Positions 41,549 to 51,329 of a stretch of 64,000 nucleotides of DNA are shown one piece after another (position 1 is the first letter of the stretch; each line of letters opens with the position of its first letter). A model generated the notes under the pieces. It saw only the letters and a list, made by a program, of their open reading frames with translations. It was not told the DNA's origin and did not search any database. The DNA comes from Truepera sp. (lineage in GTDB: Bacteria; Deinococcota; Deinococci; Deinococcales; Trueperaceae), in assembly GCA_965218435.1 (NCBI GenBank), contig CBDCKW010000009.1, positions 2,560,001 through 2,624,000 of the forward strand, given 5' to 3'. Made by a program: the position numbers and the translations under genes.

Positions 41549-43251
41549 GCGTGTACCTTTCGGGTGGGACGATCAGGGCGGCGAATCGCGGCCCGCAAAA
41601 AGACGAGGACGAGTCCGATAAGTGCGCCGGTCACAGCGACCAAACCGGTGTTAAACGCGCGGCGCGGGCCGACGGGACTGGTGGGGACGGACGCTTGGCT
41701 TAAAATTCGCGCGTTGGTCGGCGCAAGTTCGGTCAGGTACGAGATGCTCGACTGCAGTCCGGCAACCGTGTTATACGACGCGAGCACGTTCTCGAGCTCC
41801 CTATCCAACCGGTCACGGCGTTGGTCTAAAGTGGCGAGCTGTTGTTGAATCGCTGCGGCACTTTTGGTGTAGCCACCGAGTTCACCCTCTAGGTCGGCGC
41901 GTTCGGCGCGCATCCCGGCGAGAGCAGTCTGCTCCTGCTGGAGTTCAGCTGCGTTCAGGAGCGAAAGGGCCGCTTCGTTCCCGGATTGTATAGGTGCCGG
42001 GGCAGCTTGGGGTTGGTTAGTTTGGGGCTGAGTTTGGGCGCTCGCATACCCTAAAAGCGCCAGCTCGAGTGCCCCTTGCGCCTGCGCTTTAGCAGCCTGC
42101 TGCGCCACCCGCTGCTCGGCGGCGAGGCCGTCCTCGAGCGCCCCCACCGACGCGGTGTAGAGCGTTTGCACGAGGCTGACAAACTCCTCTTCATTGCCTT
42201 GGAGGAGCTTTGAGAGCGTCTTAGATTCGGCGAGCGCCGCCGTAAACGTGCGGCTGAGCTGCGCACTTGAAACAAATTGAGGCCGTGCGCGCATCCCGTT
42301 TTCTGCGCCCGCGAGTGCCTGCTGCGCCTCTAGCACACCCAAGAAGGCCGGACTCAGCGCCGCACCTTGAGCTTGGCGCTGATTTGCAGGTCCTTGTGCG
42401 CCGGACTGACCTAAATGTCCAGAAGTTTGACCAGAACCTGCTGAACCAGCCCCTAGCTGCTCGAGTACCCGAATGCGGGCTTCAGCGGCAGCGATGTCGC
42501 GCGTCAATTCTCCTTGACGCTCGCGCCCGTCGGTAATCTGACGGGTGACACCCTCGAGTTCGGCCTCTAACAGGGGACCGTTGTCTTGCGCCGCAAACGC
42601 CTGCACCTGCGCCTCGACCTCTTCGACATTTTTTTGCAGCCGCGACGCCTCGCGTGTGGTCGTCTCGTCTACCGGGCGGAGGCTTGAAAAGAGCGACTCG
42701 CGCACTGCTTTTAGGGTGCTCTGCGCCCAGGCGTCGGCGAGGAGCGCCGCCCGTTCGGGGTCGCCGTTACGGACGCGGTGAATAACCGACAAGGGCGCAA
42801 CGTCGCCGATCCGTTGCGGGCCGAAAAGTTGCCGGAGCGTTCCTAGAGCCAAAAGCTGATTGGGCGCAATCTTCACGTCCTTGACCCGCGAGACCGCGTC
42901 ACGCAGCACCGTTTGGCTCCGCGCTAAGGTGTCGTAAGTTTGAAACGACACCTCGTTGATCGGGCTGAACGAGATGTTTTCGTCACCTTGAATCTGAATC
43001 GGCGGCGGCGTCACGAGCACCGTACTTTCGGCGGCGTAAACGGGTTTACGCTGCGCGTTGAGAAAGTAGGCGACGCCGCCGCCAAGGAGGGCTAACAGCA
43101 AGATAAAAGGGAGACCCCGGAGCAAGACGAGGTAGAGGTCGCGGAGTGAGACCTCAGCGCCGGGATCACGGGCTGAGTCATAAGCCGAGTCACGAACCGG
43201 CTCACGGGTTACGGGTTGCCGGGGGTCACGCGGTGTAGGTGTATCGGTCAC
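41545..43251 (-). CDS. Polysaccharide co-polymerase / chain-length determinant (Wzz-like)
   Basis: EVSLRDL, two terminal TMs around a long coiled coil, Pro-rich ASVPTSPVGPRR before TM2; no kinase domain. Confidence 0.82.
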   Translation of the reverse strand: MTDTPTPRDPRQPVTREPVRDSAYDSARDPGAEVSLRDLYLVLLRGLPFILLLALLGGGVAYFLNAQRKPVYAAESTVLVTPPPIQIQGDENISFSPINEVSFQTYDTLARSQTVLRDAVSRVKDVKIAPNQLLALGTLRQLFGPQRIGDVAPLSVIHRVRNGDPERAALLADAWAQSTLKAVRESLFSSLRPVDETTTREASRLQKNVEEVEAQVQAFAAQDNGPLLEAELEGVTRQITDGRERQGELTRDIAAAEARIRVLEQLGAGSAGSGQTSGHLGQSGAQGPANQRQAQGAALSPAFLGVLEAQQALAGAENGMRARPQFVSSAQLSRTFTAALAESKTLSKLLQGNEEEFVSLVQTLYTASVGALEDGLAAEQRVAQQAAKAQAQGALELALLGYASAQTQPQTNQPQAAPAPIQSGNEAALSLLNAAELQQEQTALAGMRAERADLEGELGGYTKSAAAIQQQLATLDQRRDRLDRELENVLASYNTVAGLQSSISYLTELAPTNARILSQASVPTSPVGPRRAFNTGLVAVTGALIGLVLVFLRAAIRRPDRPTRKVHA

Positions 43252-43339
43252 ATAAAACCTCTGCTAAACATACCGTTAAGGTGGTTCGTCTCGATATGGT
43301 TCATCTCATCTAAACGTCTGCTAAGCATACCTCGGTAGC

Positions 43340-44506
43340 CTAACGCGGTTGCAGGTGAGCTGTCGGTGACGTGTCACCGACCGTGCGGACAAACCCCTCG
43401 GCTTCGAGCCGCTCGACAAGTCCGCCGAGTTCGGCGACCTCGAGACCCAACGTACCGGCGGCGACCTCGACGCTGAGGTCGCGGCGAAACTGCTCGAGGG
43501 CGCGTCTGCCGGAGCGCCCGAAGTCACCTTGAAAGCGCATCGAAAGCTCGGTCATCGGGTTGAGCGCGTCGCGTCCACGCAGCGTCAGCCCGTAACGCCG
43601 CCCCTCCCAGCCACTCGGTTCGCCCGGTAACGTCAGACTCGGGACATGCTGACACGCAGCAAACAGGCCGAGCGTAGGGGGTACGAGACCCTCAGGGCGG
43701 AGTTGTAACAAGTAGGGGGTTCCGGCGCGGTAAAAGCGGGCACCGGTGGCGGTCAGCTCGAGGCCGCTAAACCCGTCAGGTCGCCGCTGCTGTGCGGCAA
43801 GATCACTGAGTTGCAACCCTAAAAGCCAACCCAACAGTCCAGCAACAACCGGTTCGGGCAGCGCGTGTAACGTGAGCGCCGCTGACAGCCGCGTCAGCGT
43901 CCGGAGCGCTGCAGCGCCCCTCTGCTGCAGCGCCCCTTCGCCGTAGACTGCGCCCGCAAGCTGTCCGTCCTGAAAGAGGAGTAACCCATAAGGCGCACCC
44001 TCGGCGTCACCGGTCGTTAAGACGACCGCGCCGCCAAAGGCGTCGGCGCTCAGCCGTGCGACCAGCTCACGCAAACCGGTCTCAGCTGTACTCAGAAGGG
44101 TTCGCTCGGTGAGTGCGGGCAACGCCCAAAGCGGTCCCAAAACGGGGTAACGGCCGGGGAGAGCCGGAACAGAGGGGTCTGCGAGGTTTACAACAGGGCC
44201 GGGTGAGGCAGGCGGCCACAAGCTGAACGTTGCGCCAAGTTGGGCAAAGTCGAAAGCCGCGCCGCCTCCTCCGAACTCGGTTTTGACCTGCGGCTCGCCG
44301 CGCCCTAAGTTCAGCAGTACGCTGCTGTCATGACCCACACGGTTGCTGCCGTTACCATCTGCAAGGCTCAGATAGAGCGTGCCCGAAACTTGTTGTGCGC
44401 TCAGCACCGCTAAGAACGCCTGGGCGCTGATGCCTAACGTGCCCCTGGTCGGCGGGGCCGGTTTCGCGTCCGGGACGACAGAAATCCGCGTCACGGCTGC
44501 GCCCAA
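43340..44506 (-). CDS. Hypothetical protein, possible C-terminal helix-turn-helix
   Basis: 388-aa ORF co-oriented in the operon; ends VAAGTLGLEVAELGGLVERLEAEGFV. Confidence 0.65.
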   Translation of the reverse strand: MGAAVTRISVVPDAKPAPPTRGTLGISAQAFLAVLSAQQVSGTLYLSLADGNGSNRVGHDSSVLLNLGRGEPQVKTEFGGGGAAFDFAQLGATFSLWPPASPGPVVNLADPSVPALPGRYPVLGPLWALPALTERTLLSTAETGLRELVARLSADAFGGAVVLTTGDAEGAPYGLLLFQDGQLAGAVYGEGALQQRGAAALRTLTRLSAALTLHALPEPVVAGLLGWLLGLQLSDLAAQQRRPDGFSGLELTATGARFYRAGTPYLLQLRPEGLVPPTLGLFAACQHVPSLTLPGEPSGWEGRRYGLTLRGRDALNPMTELSMRFQGDFGRSGRRALEQFRRDLSVEVAAGTLGLEVAELGGLVERLEAEGFVRTVGDTSPTAHLQPR

Positions 44507-44946
44507 GCCGACGTTCCAAAATGGGTGAGCATCGCGGCTAGCAGCTGCCTGTCCTCAGCGAAGCTGAGCCGAAGCCGCGCCTCTTCAGGGGCAAAAAACC
44601 CGCCCTCAGGGAAGAGGAACTCGCGCAGTACCGGCTGCTCGGCCTCGCTTAACAGTAGAAACCAGGTGATCACGCGCGCCACACCACGGACGTTCTGGTA
44701 ACGCGTCGTTTCAGTTAGCGCCGGGTCGGGGCAGTACGCCCGTACGCCCGCCTCCTCCTCGACCTCGCGGACGGCGGCCCCCAGCGCGTCCTCGCCGGGG
44801 TCGATATGACCTTTGGGAAAAACCCAGGTTCCCTCGAGGTGACGCAAGAGTAACACCTTCCCGTCGGCGCGAAAAACGACGCCCCCGGCTCCCTCAACTT
44901 TAGCGGCGTGCGTGCTGTGTGTGTGTTGTGGTACGTCTTGTGGCAT
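44491..44946 (-). CDS. NUDIX hydrolase (Ap4A hydrolase-like)
   Basis: GAGGVVF, WVFPKGHIDPGEDALGAAVREVEEEAG Nudix box. Confidence 0.92.
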   Translation of the reverse strand: MPQDVPQHTHSTHAAKVEGAGGVVFRADGKVLLLRHLEGTWVFPKGHIDPGEDALGAAVREVEEEAGVRAYCPDPALTETTRYQNVRGVARVITWFLLLSEAEQPVLREFLFPEGGFFAPEEARLRLSFAEDRQLLAAMLTHFGTSAWAQP

Positions 44947-45144
44947 CCAGGCCCCTTACGCCGCTATGCTACCATCTCACCCGGTTTACCTCACAGGTAC
45001 TTTATTTGCAGGTACTTCAGCTTGTCGTAACCAAGTAGCGTTGGCTAGAGCATTTCCGAGAGTAACTTACACCCGGGTTTCGCCTCTTAAAATCAGCTCG
45101 GAAAAATTCAGCATACAGAATGTAAAAGTCGGTAGCCTGACAGC

Positions 45145-46869
45145 CTAATTTTTAGGTGGCTCGAGCGCAGCCAGCGCACCGCCCTGCGCTAAAAAGGCTT
45201 CGATCCCGTCCGCCAGCGCCTCAGCGAGTGTGTCTTGATAGCTCGCTTCGGCGAGCTTGGGACCTTCGTCGGCGCTGTCAACGAACCCGAGCTCGACGAG
45301 CACCGCGGGGACGCGGGCGTTACGGATGACCACAAAATAGTTTTTCTTGACCCCACGGTCCGCGCTACCGGTAGCGTTTAACAAGTCTTGTTGTACGTTG
45401 TCGGCGAGGACGGTGCTGTATCTCAGGTTTTCTTCACGTAATAAGTCACCGTCAATACTCGCCGCCGTTTCTTGCGCCCGTGCGGTGCGGGTACGGCCGA
45501 CCTCGCCGCCGCCGTTCTCGAGTACCGCTAAGTCAATCAAGGAATCGTCTTGCTGTTCGCCGAACACCCAAGTTTCGATGCCTTCAGCGTCGCCGCGCCC
45601 GGTCGCGTTGGCGTGCAAAGAGACGAACAGGTTGTCTTTGGACGGCACCGCAAAGGCGGCGCGGTCTTCTAAGGAAACAAAGGTGTCGTCGTCGCGGGTC
45701 ATCTCGACGTTGATACCGCGCGCCTCGAGCTTGTCGCGTAGTAGCAGCCCGACGCTCAACACGACGTCTTTTTCCATCACATAGCCACTCGAGGTCCCCG
45801 GGTCTTTGCCGCCGTGCCCCGGGTCGATCACCACGGTTTTTTGGACGCTTTGTGGGCGCTGCACAGCGGCGAGCTTGCGTTTAGAAAGGTCGGCGAGCTC
45901 AGCGACCTTTTCCCCTTGCAACTCCGGCGCAAAGTTGACGTAAAACGTTTGACTACCATCTTCGTGCTCTAAGACACCCGTCTGAAACCCTTGGGTCGTG
46001 GTGAGCGGATAACCCGTTCCGGCAATCAGCGCCAACATGCCTCCCTGCGCGGCGCTCCCCCCGACCGTACGGTAACCCAAGCTGACGAGCTGCGCTCCGT
46101 TCGGCGTGACTTCATAGGGTTCAGCCTTTGCTCCCTCGAAGAGCACGATAAAATTGTCACCGTCAACTGCGAGCTGATAACTTACACCCGCCGGAATATC
46201 AACCGCGACGCGGGTGTAGCCCCCTTCATGAGCAGCGTAACGGGGGTCGGCAAGTTCAGTCAGGGTATCGCTCGGTGCGGCTTCGGCTCCAGCTTCGGTA
46301 GGCACCGGCTCAGTAGGTACCGGCCCCATAGGTATTGACTCAGTAGGCTCAGCCGAAACTTCAGGCGAAGGGTTTTGAAAATCTACGAGCGCGAGCCGCG
46401 CCGGACCGTTCCAAGAGACCGAGCCGCCGAACGCCGCGACGATTTCAGCGAGCGGCAAGTAGCTGCTGCCGGCTAAAATTGCGCTGCGCCCTGTTTCGGC
46501 CTCTCCACCAACAGTAAGAACGTCAGGGCGTTTTGAAAGTGCGGCGTCTACGTCGTCGGTTGCGAGTAATAGGGCACTCCGGTCACCTTTAACAAACCGC
46601 AGCTGTCCGGTATCAGGTAGGTAGGCGGACTCCAACCCGAGCGCCGCCGTCACCAAGTCGGTCCGGACATAGGCGTTCTCGAGCCCCTCAGCAGCGCCGA
46701 AGTAGCACGCGGTCGCCGCACCGTCCCCCAATATCGCGCCGTTAACGGCGACAAAATCGCTGCACCGCTGCGCGGTCGCGTTCTGCAAGCTCAGCATAGC
46801 GGTAGCTGCAAGTAAGCTGAGTAAAAGACGCCAACGAGTAGAGTGAGTCACAACGTCAAAGTTTAACAC
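45145..46869 (-). CDS. N-acetylmuramoyl-L-alanine amidase (Amidase_3, AmiC-like); start uncertain
   Basis: Signal peptide; VVIDPGHGGKDPG, EKDVVL, SLHAN, VLVELGF zinc/catalytic residues. Confidence 0.92.
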   Translation of the reverse strand: MLNFDVVTHSTRWRLLLSLLAATAMLSLQNATAQRCSDFVAVNGAILGDGAATACYFGAAEGLENAYVRTDLVTAALGLESAYLPDTGQLRFVKGDRSALLLATDDVDAALSKRPDVLTVGGEAETGRSAILAGSSYLPLAEIVAAFGGSVSWNGPARLALVDFQNPSPEVSAEPTESIPMGPVPTEPVPTEAGAEAAPSDTLTELADPRYAAHEGGYTRVAVDIPAGVSYQLAVDGDNFIVLFEGAKAEPYEVTPNGAQLVSLGYRTVGGSAAQGGMLALIAGTGYPLTTTQGFQTGVLEHEDGSQTFYVNFAPELQGEKVAELADLSKRKLAAVQRPQSVQKTVVIDPGHGGKDPGTSSGYVMEKDVVLSVGLLLRDKLEARGINVEMTRDDDTFVSLEDRAAFAVPSKDNLFVSLHANATGRGDAEGIETWVFGEQQDDSLIDLAVLENGGGEVGRTRTARAQETAASIDGDLLREENLRYSTVLADNVQQDLLNATGSADRGVKKNYFVVIRNARVPAVLVELGFVDSADEGPKLAEASYQDTLAEALADGIEAFLAQGGALAALEPPKN

Positions 46870-47417
46870 GCTTTTACAGGGTCGCGTATAACGGTAGAGC
46901 TAAAAAGATAGCGCCCCGTTGTAGTGGCGGGTAAAAAGTCAGCTTGCCCGGCAACAAAGCTGAATGAGCGACGTTTAGCGTGCGAGGTGTCTTTCGCCGA
47001 ACATGCAAACCGCCTCAGAACGACCGCGTGGCTCGAGCCTTACCGTAAAGCCTTGGGAGCACCTGGTAGTTCACCCAAATCTATTGCCGGATAGCTATAA
47101 AGCACTCGTGCCAGCCAAAAGGTTCACTCGAGCCTATTTAACAAGGCTTGTTTGTCGGAGTATGAGGGTACGTTGATGTTTGCTCTTGTTACCGTGCTTC
47201 GAATACGTGAGAAACGCCGGTTTTGTTGTTTAGCTACTGCCTCTTTACCCCTTAACTGCTCCGTTCTTACTTCTCTTGTACTCTACTCTTGTACTCTACG
47301 CTGCGAACGACGCTCGCCGAGCTCAGAAAGTCAACCGAACCCGGCTGTATGGACTCGAGAAGCTACGTGCTAGAAACTGTGAAAAACATCACACCACAAT
47401 ACCGCTAGACTCGGCCC

Positions 47418-47921
47418 ATGAAACTGACCAAAAAGCTCAGCCGACTGAGCGCGTCAGCTTATGGGCTTGTGTTTAACCCGGATGTGCTCGCACAGCTCGG
47501 CGTCAAAGCGGTAAACGCCCCCGGGGAGGTCGAGGTTACCCTGACGTTTTACGGCGATACGCTTGTCGTGCGGCGCGCTGACGCCGAGCCGCCTACCCCG
47601 GCTGAAGTTGCTTACTTTTTAACCGATGACCTCGGGCTCGCCAAGCACTTTCCTACCCGTCAAGTAGCCGAGGTTGATGAAGTCCAGCTGGCTATCGAGA
47701 CATTTATCAAACCGGGGGCGAGACTTCGGTTGACCCCGATGATGCGTTACGGTTTTGGTTTGTTCAAAGCCTTTGGAGAATTGTCTCGAGACGACCTGAT
47801 TAAACGCTTCGGCGTAGCCCCGGCCCAAGCGACGCGTATCCTTAGCGCCGGTTTCGAAGATCACGCCCTACTCAAGCGCGGCAACCGTTACCGGCTAAAC
47901 CCTGAGGTATTCGACGTCTGA
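47418..47921 (+). CDS. Putative DNA-binding protein: AbrB/MazE-like N-terminus plus winged-helix-like C-terminus
   Basis: KKLSRLSASAYGLVFNPDVLAQLGV...VEVTLTFYGDTLVVRR; LSRDDLIKRFGVAPAQATRIL...LLKRGNRYRL; leaderless TAGACT-N6-ATG. Confidence 0.6.
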   Translation: MKLTKKLSRLSASAYGLVFNPDVLAQLGVKAVNAPGEVEVTLTFYGDTLVVRRADAEPPTPAEVAYFLTDDLGLAKHFPTRQVAEVDEVQLAIETFIKPGARLRLTPMMRYGFGLFKAFGELSRDDLIKRFGVAPAQATRILSAGFEDHALLKRGNRYRLNPEVFDV

Positions 47922-48159
47922 GCAGCTTGGGCGGAGTTGGTTGGCTACACCAGCTTACCTCGAGCTCGGGCTACCGTAAACGCAGAAGTGTCTCTTCGGG
48001 CGTTGTCAAAAACAGTAAGTGCGAAAGGCAAGTACGAACTTACTCGAGCTGCTTTGCTCGCACGTCCGTCTAAAAAGTGCTTACCGGAGCTTTTAAGCCG
48101 ACCTCAAAGCCTCTCAAAATGTTTTGGCCGAGCTAGGCGAGTAAGCTGGGACGCTCTAA

Positions 48160-48354
48160 CAGGGCTTACGCATATGGACTACAGCGAAGTTTTCACGGCC
48201 CTACTACCTTCACATCAAAAGTCATTTATTTTAGTTTTGCTCTCTGCAAGCGTCCTCAACGCGAGTAATACAAGAGCTACACCGAGGTCGGCAATACTAT
48301 CTAAGGCAGTGAGTCACCCCAGTTTGTAAAATCGTTTCACATGCGTAAGCCCTG
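48160..48354. mobile_element. 195-bp MITE / internally deleted IS (IS4-like)
   Basis: TIRs CAGGGCTTACGCATATG / CACATGCGTAAGCCCTG (16/17 match) flanked by a perfect 11-bp direct repeat GGACGCTCTAA (48149-48159, 48355-48365). Confidence 0.9.
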
Positions 48355-48442
48355 GGACGCTCTAAGTCTAGGAAATCACTCTTGAGATAGGTTCTAGTAT
48401 GCTTGAGATCATGACGGTGACCTTGGTAGCGGTAACGGACTC

Positions 48443-49741
48443 GTGACGGTCATTTTGCGCGCCCGCATCTTTCATACACCGCAAAATCCGTTTGCGGTCG
48501 AGGGCGCTTTAGAAACCGTCGAGGGTGCGCTCGCGCTCTCAAACGGGCGTGTCGGCGCGCTCGGGAGTTTGAGCAAAGTGCAAGCTCAGTTCCCCGACGC
48601 GCCCGTCTTAGGTGACGGACAAGACTATATTCTGCCGGGCTTTGTTGATACCCACGTGCATTACCCACAGGTCAGCGTGATCGGAACGATGGGGGTCACG
48701 CTGCTCGAGTGGCTGAAGACGCGTACCCTGCCCGAAGAGGTGCGCCTCAGCGACAGTATTTACGCGCAGAGGGTCGCCGAAACGTTTTTGCGTGGCCTCG
48801 CCCGTAACGGCACGACGACGGCGCTCGTTTTCGGTGCCCACCAACCGGCCGCGCAAGACGCTTTTTTTAGCGCAGCCGACGCCTCGGGTTTACGGATTAC
48901 CAGCGGACTCGTGCTGGGTGATAGGTTGTTGCGGCCGGAACTCGAGGCCGACGCCGAAACCTGTTTCGCCGAGAGCGAAACCCTGCTAAACCGGTGGCAC
49001 CGTCACGGCAACGTGCGTTACGCCGTGACGCCGCGCTTTGCCCTGTCTTGTAGCGAGGGAGTGTTGGAGGCCGCAGGCGCACTTTTACAGGCGCAGCCGG
49101 ATGTTTGGCTACAAACTCACCTCAACGAGTCGCCTGCCGAAATCGCGCAAGTGGCCGAGCTGTTTCCGTGGGCGGGCGATTACTTAGAGACCTACGAACG
49201 GTTTGGTCTCGTCACGCCGCGTTCGGTGTTCGCCCATAACGTTCACGTTTCAGACAGCGAACTTGCCCGCTTGGGCGCGGCGCGGGCGTGCGTCGCACAC
49301 TGCCCGAGCAGCAATATGTTTATCGGGAGTGGCCTGTTCGACCTGCGGCGGCATCTAGCGCACGGCGTCCGTTTGGCGCTCGGGAGCGACGTCGGCGGCG
49401 GCACCGGTTTCAGCCTTTTTAAGGAAGGCTTGATGAGCTATCAAGGCCAGATGCTGCACCCGGACGGCTTTCCTCTCGGCCCCAAGCACCTGCTTTATTT
49501 AGCAACGCGGGCCGGGGCGCTGGCGCTGGGCTTAGGCGAAGTAGGCGACCTAAGCGTCGGCAACCAGGCCGACTTCAGCCTCGTCCGCCCCCCCGCCGGG
49601 AGCACCTTGGCCGACGTACTGGCGCAGAGCCCTTCGGCAGAGGCGAGTTTGGGCGCACTTTTTACGCTGGCCAGGGAGGAGTCAGTCAGGGAAGTTTTCG
49701 TCGCCGGGGAGCCGCTCTTTACGCGTCTAGGGCTGGCCTGA
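48443..49741 (+). CDS. guaD: Guanine deaminase
   Basis: PGFVDTHVHYPQ, YAVTPRFA, QTHLNE, HCPSSN, LGSDVGGG. Confidence 0.93.
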   Translation: MTVILRARIFHTPQNPFAVEGALETVEGALALSNGRVGALGSLSKVQAQFPDAPVLGDGQDYILPGFVDTHVHYPQVSVIGTMGVTLLEWLKTRTLPEEVRLSDSIYAQRVAETFLRGLARNGTTTALVFGAHQPAAQDAFFSAADASGLRITSGLVLGDRLLRPELEADAETCFAESETLLNRWHRHGNVRYAVTPRFALSCSEGVLEAAGALLQAQPDVWLQTHLNESPAEIAQVAELFPWAGDYLETYERFGLVTPRSVFAHNVHVSDSELARLGAARACVAHCPSSNMFIGSGLFDLRRHLAHGVRLALGSDVGGGTGFSLFKEGLMSYQGQMLHPDGFPLGPKHLLYLATRAGALALGLGEVGDLSVGNQADFSLVRPPAGSTLADVLAQSPSAEASLGALFTLAREESVREVFVAGEPLFTRLGLA

Positions 49742-49813
49742 GCCTTTGATACCTGAGCCTTACGCTGAAGGTGAAAGTTGCGGCGGGGCGTCTCGAGCCG
49801 TCTCAGAAGAGGA

Positions 49814-50041
49814 TTAACCGAGGAGCGTCTCATCAACGACAGGAACCGCCAGCGCACCCCGCGCCGCCCGGTCACTCAGGGCTCCGCGAAAACGGGCCTC
49901 ACCGACCAAGCAGTTGGCACCGGCCTCGAGCTTAGCCTTAAGCGCCTTGATTTCAGCATTTTGACCGCTCCGCATACGGGTATAACCGTACATTAAAAGC
50001 GCCCCTACCAAAAACGTGACGAGCAGTTGCCATAATGTCAC
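49814..50041 (-). CDS. Small hypothetical membrane-anchored protein
   Basis: GGAGG RBS before GTG; N-terminal TM LWQLLVTFLVGALLMYGY. Confidence 0.5.
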   Translation of the reverse strand: MTLWQLLVTFLVGALLMYGYTRMRSGQNAEIKALKAKLEAGANCLVGEARFRGALSDRAARGALAVPVVDETLLG

Positions 50042-50217
50042 CCACCCTCCATAACGCACTCACTTAAGCTTCTGTCAGCATTTACAGAGAGCAGGGCATC
50101 ATCACTCTTGAAGTCTGCCTCGGACTAAAAATCATGGTTAAAATTCTTTGCGAGCCTGAAGTTTTGCCGGAACGTGACGCAAAAACGGCCTCTCTAAAAC
50201 GACTTTAGGCAACCACT

Positions 50218-51237
50218 TTATACAGGCACGCTCAGTGCAAAACGCTCCCGCCAAGCCGTCACCTGTTCTACGGTCGTATTGCCGCCACACATCACGCTGA
50301 CAACCCGGCGGCCGGCAAGCTCAGGAATCAGCCCGTCTGCCAGAGCTGCCAGCGTACAACTTGCAGCAGGTTCGACGAGGAGTTTTTCGCGGTTGAGGGT
50401 AAACAGCAGTTCGGCAACGGCGCGCGCGTCGGAAACCGTAACAATGCGCTCGACCCCAGCCTGGACAATGGCAAAAGGGCGGGCGCTGCTGCGCCGGGTA
50501 CCGAGGCTTTCGGCAACCGACGTAAACTTCGGCAACGTGACGAGTTCACCTCGCGCCAGCGACTGCGCCAGACAATCCGCCCCGAGCGTCTCGACGCCGA
50601 CGACGCGCACGTCCGGGCGGAGGTGCCGCACCGCCGAGGCGATACCGGAGATGAGACCGCCGCCACCGACTGAGCAGACGATAACGTCGGTGTCAGGGGC
50701 CTGCTCGAGAATCTCGAGTGCAATGGTTCCCTGGCCCGCCATCACCTGTGGGTCGTCAAACGGGCTCAGGTACGTGTAGCCGTGCGCCCGTTTGAGCGCG
50801 TGCGCCAGCGCGTCAGCGGCGTTCCAGTCGTCGCCGTGGACGAAAACCTCACCGCCGAGTTCACGAATCGTCGCAATCCGGAGTTCGGGCGTCGTAGTCG
50901 GGAGGGCGATGACGGCGCGGACCCCGAGGAGCCGCGCGGCGTAGGCGAGCCCGAGGCCGTGGTTGCCGCCCGAAGCCGTCACGACGCCGACCGCCAGGGC
51001 TTGTTTAGGCATCGTCAAGAGCGCGTTCAGTGCGCCGCGCACCTTAAAGGCGTGCGTGGGTTGGAGGAGCTCGAGCTTTAAGCTCAGCTCACACCCGAGC
51101 CGCGCCCGGTACGCCTCGGCGGGTACCAGCGGCGTCGGCTTTAAGTAGGGCTGCAACCGGGTCCGGGCGGCCTGCAGCTCCGCGAGCGGGATGTAAGGCG
51201 GCGTCGGGGTAGGAGCGGCGGTATGCACGGTATTCAT
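50218..51237 (-). CDS. PLP-dependent threonine/serine dehydratase (no regulatory domain)
   Basis: KLELLQPTHAFKVRGA, SGGNHG, GQGT, VGGGGLISG, VEPA, CGGN. Confidence 0.92.
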   Translation of the reverse strand: MNTVHTAAPTPTPPYIPLAELQAARTRLQPYLKPTPLVPAEAYRARLGCELSLKLELLQPTHAFKVRGALNALLTMPKQALAVGVVTASGGNHGLGLAYAARLLGVRAVIALPTTTPELRIATIRELGGEVFVHGDDWNAADALAHALKRAHGYTYLSPFDDPQVMAGQGTIALEILEQAPDTDVIVCSVGGGGLISGIASAVRHLRPDVRVVGVETLGADCLAQSLARGELVTLPKFTSVAESLGTRRSSARPFAIVQAGVERIVTVSDARAVAELLFTLNREKLLVEPAASCTLAALADGLIPELAGRRVVSVMCGGNTTVEQVTAWRERFALSVPV

Positions 51238-51329
51238 GTTTTATCACAAAACTCAGGGCGCGGCTGTCGTCAGCTTTTAGCCACAGCCATGACTCTCTGA
51301 CAAGCGGCGTAAGAACGGTAAAGTGGGGC

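Noticed and set aside
46870..47417. tRNA, SRP RNA or RDRM (DdrO) site in the long intergenic region
   Set aside because: No cloverleaf, SRP loop or convincing 17-bp RDRM palindrome recognised; only a short TCTTGTACTCTAC duplication.
47937..48329. 130-aa ORF as a real gene
   Set aside because: It reads across the MITE boundary, has a TTG start and no recognisable motif, so it is likely a chance chimera.
48366..48442. Purine riboswitch upstream of guaD
   Set aside because: No purine-aptamer core motifs; the upstream DNA is explained by the MITE and promoter.
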